Source of the DNA: Methanobacteriota archaeon
GTDB taxonomy: Archaea > Thermoplasmatota > Poseidoniia > Poseidoniales > Poseidoniaceae
NCBI GenBank assembly: GCA_011524855.1
Contig: WTJK01000033.1
Span: forward strand, 32,792-88,082
Direction: 5' to 3'
Length of the DNA stretch: 55,291 nt
Position numbers and translations under genes: made by a program. Below the pieces are notes generated by a model. The model was given only the letters and a program-made list of their open reading frames with translations, did not search any database and was not told where the DNA came from. Positions 19,433 through 26,073 of this stretch are shown piece by piece; within the stretch, counting starts at the first letter, position 1; every line of letters starts with the position of its first letter.

Positions 19433-19469
19433 TCGGTGCGTTCTTGAGGACGAACCTCGGCCCCATCGC

Positions 19470-20285
19470 ATGGAAGACATCTCGCCGCGGTTGTGGCCCT
19501 ACAGCCCCAACAACTCTCCGGCACCGCTTCCTCCCCGGTCGTTTCTGTTTACATCCGCCAAGGTGCTCGTGCTTTCTGCCCCTCGCGATTCGGAAACCGA
19601 TGAAGCGTTGAACATCGATGGGCTTCGTCAGATGGCTGCCGGGTACCAACATTCAACCGGCGCCCTTTCTGCGTTGCTTCAAGCAGCCGATGCACCGGGA
19701 TTGGACGCTCGTAAACCGGTGCTCTTGCTGGGTGAATTGGCCAACCCGTACCGCTTGCGGGACATCAACATCGGCGTATTGCCGGTGCTTCGTGTGCGTC
19801 TTGAAGGCGTCTGCACCACATGGTCCGACGGGCTTGATGCTCGGGACATGCAACCCGGTGTTCACCACGTGACGTTGGCAAGAACCCCCGGTTGGTGGGA
19901 GACCGTTCACCTTGGTTTGGCCACGGTGGAGCAACTGAAGCGTATCAGGACCTGGATTGAGAACGGTGTTCCCGGCTCTTGGCGCCCTGTTCGATTGGAT
20001 GAAGGTTCCTTGCGATTGGAGGGCGATGCTCCTCTTGACCCACCGTTGGTCGATGATGTTGCATGGGACGGTACGGTGGAACGGGTGGAACGGCCCACAC
20101 CTCCGCCCAGCGGTTCCAGCATTGATCTGTCGGCCGTGATGGCACTGGTGCACACGCGTCAGGGCTGCTACAACAATCGCGGGCGTCTCGCACGTTGTGC
20201 TCACCTACAGCAACGGGCGTTCCATGAGGGGCTGTTCCGCCGGGGGTCATCGCACCGATGGGACGCCGTGCTCAAGGTGCGTTGA
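19470..20285 (+). CDS. Hypothetical protein
   Basis: ATG 19470 (MEDISPRLWPY...) is in frame within track ORF 19275..20285. The upstream part of that ORF overlaps the zinc-ribbon gene. No motif recognised. Confidence 0.5.
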   Translation: MEDISPRLWPYSPNNSPAPLPPRSFLFTSAKVLVLSAPRDSETDEALNIDGLRQMAAGYQHSTGALSALLQAADAPGLDARKPVLLLGELANPYRLRDINIGVLPVLRVRLEGVCTTWSDGLDARDMQPGVHHVTLARTPGWWETVHLGLATVEQLKRIRTWIENGVPGSWRPVRLDEGSLRLEGDAPLDPPLVDDVAWDGTVERVERPTPPPSGSSIDLSAVMALVHTRQGCYNNRGRLARCAHLQQRAFHEGLFRRGSSHRWDAVLKVR

Positions 20286-21303
20286 TGCGAAGGAAGCGAC
20301 GAACCTCTTCCTCGCCCCACACCAGCGACTCGGTGTAGCGCAGACCGGCCGCTTCAAGCACCTCGTCCGTGATGCCGGAGGGCACCGGGTCTTGGTGTTC
20401 GACATCGGCTACAACCAGGAGGAACTCGTCCACCGCTTGTTCGTCCAACCAGCGCTTGACCGTCGTGGGACCACCCTCCACCAGAAGACGTTGAATGTCC
20501 TGGTCGCCCAACTCATTCAGCAGACGGTCAATGGAGACAAAATCCGACTGGAGCAGACGCGTGGGGTGCTCATCGTTGAGCAGGGCAGCGTCGACCGGGG
20601 TCCTCGCGTTTGGGTCCAGCACCAAGCGGAGAGGTTGACGGGTGTGAGGGACACGACGCACGGTCAAGGCAGGGTCGTCACGAACAACGGTGTTCACGCC
20701 CACCAACACAGCGTCGCAATCCCTTCGAAGCTCGTGCACTTTCTCAAGACAACCCTCGGAGGTGAACCGTCCAGCGTTGGCTGACAAATCGTCGACCGAG
20801 CCGTTGCGGTCCACGGCCAATTTGACGGTCACCATGGGCCGGCGATGCTCGCACCAATGCAGGAACCCCTTCATCTGCTCGTTCGCTTCGGCCTTCATCA
20901 GGCCAAATCGCGTCGGGATGCCGTTGGCCAACAACACATCACCGCCTTTGCCACGGACCGTCGGGTTGGGATCCTCGTGAGCGACGATGACGTTCCGCAC
21001 GCCGGCCCACATCAGCGCCTCGGTGCAAGGGGGCGTCCGCCCAAAGTGGTTGCACGGTTCAAGGGTCACGTACGCCGTGGCCCCGTTTGCTGAGCGTCCT
21101 TTGGCTTCTGCATCGTGGATGGCCATTTGTTCAGCGTGCAACCCACCCAAGTGGTCGTGCCATCCTTCGGCGATGATTTCGCCGTTCTTGACAAGAACAC
21201 AGCCCACCATGGGGTTGGGGCTCACACGACCGCGTCCGCGTTCGGCCACGAGCAGTGCATGCTCCATGAAGCGACGGTCGTCGTCTCCCCACGGTTCCTC
21301 CAT
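20272..21303 (-). CDS. ribD: Bifunctional riboflavin biosynthesis protein RibD (pyrimidine deaminase / uracil reductase)
   Basis: FMEHALLVAERGRGRVSPNPMVGCV ... HAEQMAI ... TLEPCNHFGRTPPCTEAL (CDA zinc motif), then a reductase half. ATG 21303 (MEEPWG...) or 21345 is preferred; the 21399 start would put an AT-rich promoter-like tract into the coding sequence. Confidence 0.85.
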   Translation of the reverse strand: MEEPWGDDDRRFMEHALLVAERGRGRVSPNPMVGCVLVKNGEIIAEGWHDHLGGLHAEQMAIHDAEAKGRSANGATAYVTLEPCNHFGRTPPCTEALMWAGVRNVIVAHEDPNPTVRGKGGDVLLANGIPTRFGLMKAEANEQMKGFLHWCEHRRPMVTVKLAVDRNGSVDDLSANAGRFTSEGCLEKVHELRRDCDAVLVGVNTVVRDDPALTVRRVPHTRQPLRLVLDPNARTPVDAALLNDEHPTRLLQSDFVSIDRLLNELGDQDIQRLLVEGGPTTVKRWLDEQAVDEFLLVVADVEHQDPVPSGITDEVLEAAGLRYTESLVWGEEEVRRFLRINAP

Positions 21304-21372
21304 GGTGCAACCAACCCTCAGCGCTTCATCACACCTTGCATCCATGGCTGCGGCATTTGCGCATGTATGCAG

Positions 21373-21393
21373 TTTAAATTTTTGAATTTCAAA
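21373..21393. promoter_or_regulatory. AT-rich divergent promoter region with a TATA-like box and a 6-1-6 palindrome
   Basis: tttaaattt (21373..21381) followed by TTTGAAtTTCAAA (21381..21393), between the divergent ribD and lipid-kinase starts. It is the only strongly AT-rich tract in this neighbourhood. Confidence 0.45.
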
Positions 21394-21447
21394 GTGCATA
21401 AGGTGGTCTTAGAGGAGCATTCTAAGGTGGAACCGGCATGGTCAACC

Positions 21448-22506
21448 ATGGCCGGACCGCCCGATGATGCTTGGCCAACACCCCTCGAGTTTGCGAAGGA
21501 CGAGCGCTCCAAGCGGCGAAAGGGCACCCTCCGGCCTCAGTTTGCGAAGGTTTGGACGCAACCTGGCGTTGTCCTCCCACGACCTGTGGCCGCCCACGTG
21601 TTCGTGAATCCTTATTCTGGACGGAAAAAAGGGGACACCATCGCGCAGGAAGTCTGCAAACGGCTCGAGCAAGCCAATGTGGTGACGACCGTGCACCGTT
21701 CCAACGCACCGGGTCATTTGGTTGAACTTGCACGAGAGGCCGACGTCCCCTCCGGCGCCGTGCTCCTTGTGGTTGGCGGTGATGGGAGCCTGTCGGAAGT
21801 GATCACCGGCCGCTTTGAACGCGGTTCTGCAGCCGACGATGTCTTCGGCATTGTGCCGGGCGGAACCGGCAATTCCCAAGCACACGACTTGGCCATTCAC
21901 AGCATTGATGATGCGATCAACACCGTGCTGGGGGGGCGTACTCAATCCCTCGACATTGGAAAAGTCGTTCTCACCGAGGGCCTACCAGGCCACGAAAAAG
22001 AACCGATTGTTCGCTACAGCCATAATTTGGTGACGTGGGGCCTGGGTGTTGATTCAACCATCAAGGCAGAACGCATGCGCTGGATGGGCCCGTTGCGTTA
22101 CGACGTTGGAATTGTGATGGCCATCCTGGCCAATCAACGACGGACAGCCGTCTTGGAGATGGACGGCGTGCGCCTTGAGGACGATTTCACGTTGTTGCTG
22201 ATTCAAAACAGCCAGACCGGGGGGTCACGGTTACCCTTGGCTCCGGGCGCCAGCCTCGATGACGGCAGCATGGACATTGGCATCTTGAAGAGCATGACGC
22301 GTCGCCAAGTCTTCCGCGCGTTTGGCATGCTGAAAGCTGAAGGACGTCACGTGTATCATCCTCGCGTGGATTACCACCGATTCAAAACGCTCACCATCAC
22401 CACGGCGAAGCCCACGGCCATCAACGTGGACGGTGAGAACCTCGGCTCAACCCCGCTCGAATTGACGGTGCTTCCGCGCGCCGTCCGACTGATGGTTCCC
22501 CCTTAG
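21448..22506 (+). CDS. Diacylglycerol-kinase catalytic-domain lipid kinase (YegS/BmrU/sphingosine-kinase-like)
   Basis: HVFVNPYSGRKKG, LLVVGGDGSLSEVI, GIVPGGTGNSQAHDL. ATG 21448 is in frame, with GTG 21427 as an alternative; the track start at 21115 overlaps ribD. Confidence 0.75.
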   Translation: MAGPPDDAWPTPLEFAKDERSKRRKGTLRPQFAKVWTQPGVVLPRPVAAHVFVNPYSGRKKGDTIAQEVCKRLEQANVVTTVHRSNAPGHLVELAREADVPSGAVLLVVGGDGSLSEVITGRFERGSAADDVFGIVPGGTGNSQAHDLAIHSIDDAINTVLGGRTQSLDIGKVVLTEGLPGHEKEPIVRYSHNLVTWGLGVDSTIKAERMRWMGPLRYDVGIVMAILANQRRTAVLEMDGVRLEDDFTLLLIQNSQTGGSRLPLAPGASLDDGSMDIGILKSMTRRQVFRAFGMLKAEGRHVYHPRVDYHRFKTLTITTAKPTAINVDGENLGSTPLELTVLPRAVRLMVPP

Positions 22507-23984
22507 AATGAAAAGTCCGAGAAGGAATCCTCGTCCTCGTCGTGGCTCGGTGGACGTTCCGCGACCGGTTCAGGTGCTGCGGGCTTGGCTTTTTTCGCCA
22601 CTCGCTTTCGGCGAACTGGAGGCGAAGAGGTTGCAGCTTCGGGCTCGTTTCGAACGGCACTGGGTTGAGAAGAACGCTGGGGGGGGCCGCCCCGTTGCTG
22701 CGGCGGCCCGGTGCTCCGTGGGGCGCTGCTGACCGGTGCTTCGCTCGCTTGCATCCGGTCCATGTTGGCGGCAGCATCGGTCACCACCACCGACGATGAA
22801 CGGCCCGAGGATGTGGAGGGTCCACTGGACTTGGAGGGCACACCAGCAGAGGCCAGCACGCTGTCGAGGTCGAAATCGCCGAGGCCAGCGTCCGTCGATT
22901 CTTCCTCTTTCTTTGCCTTCTTTGGGGGTTTGGTGCGTTCGGTTTGGCCTTCACGCTCCCGTCGTTCACGGTCCATGCGGGCTTTTCGCTCCGTGGGGGA
23001 TTCCATGCCGGCTTCTTTCGCCGCAGCAGCGTCTTTGCTTACTTTGCCCGCCTTTTCCATGCCTTCGCTTCCAACCAAGATGGCCATCGTCTTGGTGGCT
23101 GACTTCAGCACCATTCGGGATGAGGTGACGTACGCACCCACGAAACCACCGACTCCGCCGACCAGGAACAACAGCACGAACAGGGTTCGACCGATGAGCG
23201 GAACATCACCGTGCACCCATTCATCATCGGCCTCACCGTCCAAGCTGACCGTGCCGCCTTCAAGTTCAATGCTCGTCACAAGGACGTAGAATTTCTCGTA
23301 GTTGGTCGATCCCACCTCCATGGAACAGTCGTTGCCGACTTCGTAGGCCCGGAGACTGGACCACAAGCCTTCCTTTGTGGCATTGGCTGAAACCAAGTAG
23401 CCGCTGATCGACACCGGTTGGTGCCATTCGTTCAACGCCTTCATGCCGTTGAGCACGTTTTCGGAGACCGGAATCAAACCCAGAATGAACCAGCTGGTGC
23501 TGGATTCGGAATCAAGATCGTCAAGGTCCGCCGTTCCAGCACCGGTTTGGGGCATGAGTGGATTGCCCCAATTTTTCACGTTGACCCTTGAACCGTCCCC
23601 GTCTTCGATACTTGCGGCTTGAGCGAAGGGCATCTCCTCGATGCCCACCGCTGTCGTTACACCGAAATCAAGACCGCGTGCCCCGGTGATTTCATCGTGC
23701 GAATCGTACAATTGGCTCGCTGCAAGGTAACCCTCGAAGGTCACTTCTGTACCGTTACCGGGGGCGAGACTTCCACCCTCCGTGCCCGGTGTGCAACCGA
23801 CAGGGACGAGGTCCGAAGAGGTGGTCGAAGCGCCCGTGAGGGTGCTCTTGACGGTTGTGTCGTCCATGGCAAAGGACACTTCCACTGAGGATGAGCCGGA
23901 GCCCCACGACGCCGTGGCAGGCCCCAGGCATCCAGCCGTGACCATGGTCAGGAACACGCACACGGCCAGCGCTCTGCCTCGCAT
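22503..23984 (-). CDS. Membrane-anchored extracytoplasmic protein (lipobox-like signal, one C-proximal TM, long charged low-complexity cytoplasmic tail)
   Basis: MRGRALAVCVFLTMVTAGCLG signal. TM TLFVLLFLVGGVGGFVGAYV. Tail is rich in K/E/R/S/P and ends DEDEDSFSDFSF. Confidence 0.6.
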   Translation of the reverse strand: MRGRALAVCVFLTMVTAGCLGPATASWGSGSSSVEVSFAMDDTTVKSTLTGASTTSSDLVPVGCTPGTEGGSLAPGNGTEVTFEGYLAASQLYDSHDEITGARGLDFGVTTAVGIEEMPFAQAASIEDGDGSRVNVKNWGNPLMPQTGAGTADLDDLDSESSTSWFILGLIPVSENVLNGMKALNEWHQPVSISGYLVSANATKEGLWSSLRAYEVGNDCSMEVGSTNYEKFYVLVTSIELEGGTVSLDGEADDEWVHGDVPLIGRTLFVLLFLVGGVGGFVGAYVTSSRMVLKSATKTMAILVGSEGMEKAGKVSKDAAAAKEAGMESPTERKARMDRERREREGQTERTKPPKKAKKEEESTDAGLGDFDLDSVLASAGVPSKSSGPSTSSGRSSSVVVTDAAANMDRMQASEAPVSSAPRSTGPPQQRGGPPQRSSQPSAVRNEPEAATSSPPVRRKRVAKKAKPAAPEPVAERPPSHDEDEDSFSDFSF

Positions 23985-24041
23985 GGACGGGAATGGAGGG
24001 ATGAGTTTGAGAACCCTTCCCTCGCTGTTGGTCGGTGAAAG

Positions 24042-24127
24042 TGGCGCAGTCGGAGAGATTTGAACTCCCGAGTCACGGGGACACCGGATTTCAAATCCGG
24101 CGCAATACCAGGCTATGCGACGACTGC
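24042..24127 (-). tRNA. tRNA-Ser (anticodon UGA), long variable arm, 3' CCA encoded
   Basis: Minus strand reads GCAGTCG-TC-GCATAGCCTGGTATTGCG-C-CCGGA-TTTGAAA-TCCGG-TGTCCCCGTGACTC-GGGAG-TTCAAAT-CTCTC-CGACTGC-G-CCA. The 7-bp acceptor stem is perfect, the anticodon loop carries TGA, and the T-loop is TTCAAAT. Confidence 0.9.
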
Positions 24128-24151
24128 TTGGTTCGGGGGGTGAGGTTCCTC

Positions 24152-25684
24152 TTATTCGCCTTTCCTTCGGGTGTGTTCACCCTCGGCATGGGCACTTCGT
24201 GGCACGGCTGCTGCCATCATCATGGCACCTGCGGTCAGAGCAAGCGATGCCCAAGGGGTGTCGTTGTCTTCATAGCCTCCTGCACCTTGTTTGCGGAGCA
24301 GTTCGCGAACGTCTTCCGTGAAGTCCTCAGCGTGCCAGCGGTCACCCGTCCATGCCACCACGGGTTGCTTGCGGTCGTTGAGCAGGTAGGTGATGGTGGA
24401 ATGACCAACGGTGTAGTCCTCCGTCACCTCGGGCACGCAACTCAGGCGATCATCGTCGTCCCAAGCGTACCCTTCGTCGCACATGCAGTGCAGGGAAGCG
24501 CCGCTGCCCATCTCCCAGCCGTGGCCGTTACAGGCACCTTCCGAGGCGGGCTGGGTGGGTGCGGGCAAATCCGTTGCGTTCACCGTTGATGGTGCCCACG
24601 CCACGTGGTCGAGCTCCACAAGCCCGTCCATGCCCACTTCGCTGGACATCCATGCTTGTGCTGTGGCGTTCCACTGGTAGAGGTTCCACCACCAGCTTCC
24701 GTCATCGGGAGCGGTAGCGTTGTCGATGGTGGTCAAGTAGTGGCCGAAGGAGGATGATTCGACGTTGACCGAACGGTTGGCTCCTTCCATCGCCCCCTCC
24801 GTGAGGTGGTAGGCGGTGAAGGCCTCAACCGCAACGGTCTCGCTGGTTGAATTGTTCCATTGCACCGTCACGGAGGAGGCTTGGTCGGTGGGTGGAGCGG
24901 GGATCAACGACCGGTTGGTCGTGGAAGGGCGCCACGCCAGGTGGGCCTCCTCGAGGACGTCCACGTCCTCCATGCCCACCGGTGCCGTCTCCCATGCCAT
25001 GCCGCTGGCATTCCACACGTTCAACTCCCAGTACCACGACCAGTCCGAAGGCGATTCCATGCCGTCGATGCCGTGGAGGAACTTCCCCCACTGCCCATCG
25101 GTGACGTTCAATTCCCAACCGGCCTCTGCGGCCGCCAGGCGGGTGGCCGTCCATCCGTTGTAGGCGAACATGTGCGTGCTGGCGTTGCCCTCCACATCAA
25201 CGACCGTTACACTGGAGGCTCCGGGTTGGTAACCCATCACGTGGGCTTCAATGACGGATTCCTGCACGACCACACCGAAGTTTGCCCACACCGGTTCCAG
25301 CACCGTTTGGTTACCTGTCAAATGCGGCCATTCCACGCCGTGGAGGGCCGTGTACGCCGCCAACTGCTCAGGCGTGTCGTAAGCGGGGTCCACGGTGATG
25401 GAGATGAATTGAACGTCCGCGGCTTCTTCTTCCGTCAGTTCCAATTCCACGGATTTCAGCAGTTGCGTGATGACCGGGCACACGTCTGTGCAGCGGGTGA
25501 ACATGAACGACACGACGACCACGGAATGGGATTCAAACTCCAGGTCGTAGGTTGACCCGTCCTGCATGGTGAGTTCGAACGGCTCAACCGCTGTTCGGCT
25601 CAGTTGTTTTCCTGTGTAACCGGCGACAGGCGTCACCAACAGGGCCGTCACAAGCAGGACGACCAAGGTGGCTCTTGCGTTCAT
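24152..25684 (-). CDS. SCO1/SenC-family copper chaperone with a large internal insertion and C-terminal TM anchor
   Basis: SFMFTRCTDVCP (CxxxC) ... DYTVGHSTITYLLNDRKQPVV (His-ligand region), separated by ~360 aa. N-terminal TM ATLVVLLVTALLV. ATG 25684 is preferred; 25732 would overlap the CoxIV-like gene. Confidence 0.75.
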   Translation of the reverse strand: MNARATLVVLLVTALLVTPVAGYTGKQLSRTAVEPFELTMQDGSTYDLEFESHSVVVVSFMFTRCTDVCPVITQLLKSVELELTEEEAADVQFISITVDPAYDTPEQLAAYTALHGVEWPHLTGNQTVLEPVWANFGVVVQESVIEAHVMGYQPGASSVTVVDVEGNASTHMFAYNGWTATRLAAAEAGWELNVTDGQWGKFLHGIDGMESPSDWSWYWELNVWNASGMAWETAPVGMEDVDVLEEAHLAWRPSTTNRSLIPAPPTDQASSVTVQWNNSTSETVAVEAFTAYHLTEGAMEGANRSVNVESSSFGHYLTTIDNATAPDDGSWWWNLYQWNATAQAWMSSEVGMDGLVELDHVAWAPSTVNATDLPAPTQPASEGACNGHGWEMGSGASLHCMCDEGYAWDDDDRLSCVPEVTEDYTVGHSTITYLLNDRKQPVVAWTGDRWHAEDFTEDVRELLRKQGAGGYEDNDTPWASLALTAGAMMMAAAVPRSAHAEGEHTRRKGE

Positions 25685-25692
25685 CAAATCAC

Positions 25693-26064
25693 TCAGCGGT
25701 TCGTGGCGTAATCCCAGCTGGGCTTGCACCACCCTGGCAAAGCGTCAACGCCGTCGGGGTTGGACAGGCCAATGCCCCAAAGCATCAACAGCACGAACAA
25801 CACCGGGAACAGTGCGGTTCGAGTGTAGATGCGAGGGTCGCCCTTCAAGTGCATGAAATAGGCGGCGATGCCGTACCCCTTGACGATGCCAACACCGATC
25901 AAAATGGCCCACACCGCAGCCAGCGGGATACCAACAAAGAAGACGGCACCCACTTCAGCGAGCGTGAAAATCATCAAGATGATGAAGTTCCAGAAGTAAA
26001 TGTCCTGCCCGAGCAGGCCATCGAAGGTTTTCTCAAAAATTCCAGACGGTTCGTGTTCTCCCAT
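25693..26064 (-). CDS. Small heme-copper oxidase subunit (prokaryotic CoxIV-like)
   Basis: Three hydrophobic helices and the GIAAYFMHLKGD motif typical of COX4_pro-type subunits. Lies inside the cox cluster. Confidence 0.65.
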   Translation of the reverse strand: MGEHEPSGIFEKTFDGLLGQDIYFWNFIILMIFTLAEVGAVFFVGIPLAAVWAILIGVGIVKGYGIAAYFMHLKGDPRIYTRTALFPVLFVLLMLWGIGLSNPDGVDALPGWCKPSWDYATNR

Positions 26065-26073
26065 GATCTCACC

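Noticed and set aside
19275-19469. The overlap of ORF 19010..19432 and ORF 19275..20285 as a programmed frameshift fusing the two
   Set aside because: The first ORF ends in a complete zinc ribbon and a stop codon. The second has a good internal ATG at 19470, just after that stop. I saw no slippery sequence.
24042-24127. tRNA-Ser as an integration hotspot bounding a genomic island
   Set aside because: No integrase is adjacent, I saw no repeated copy of the tRNA 3' half elsewhere in the window, and both flanks are core-type genes. An exhaustive repeat search was not possible by eye.
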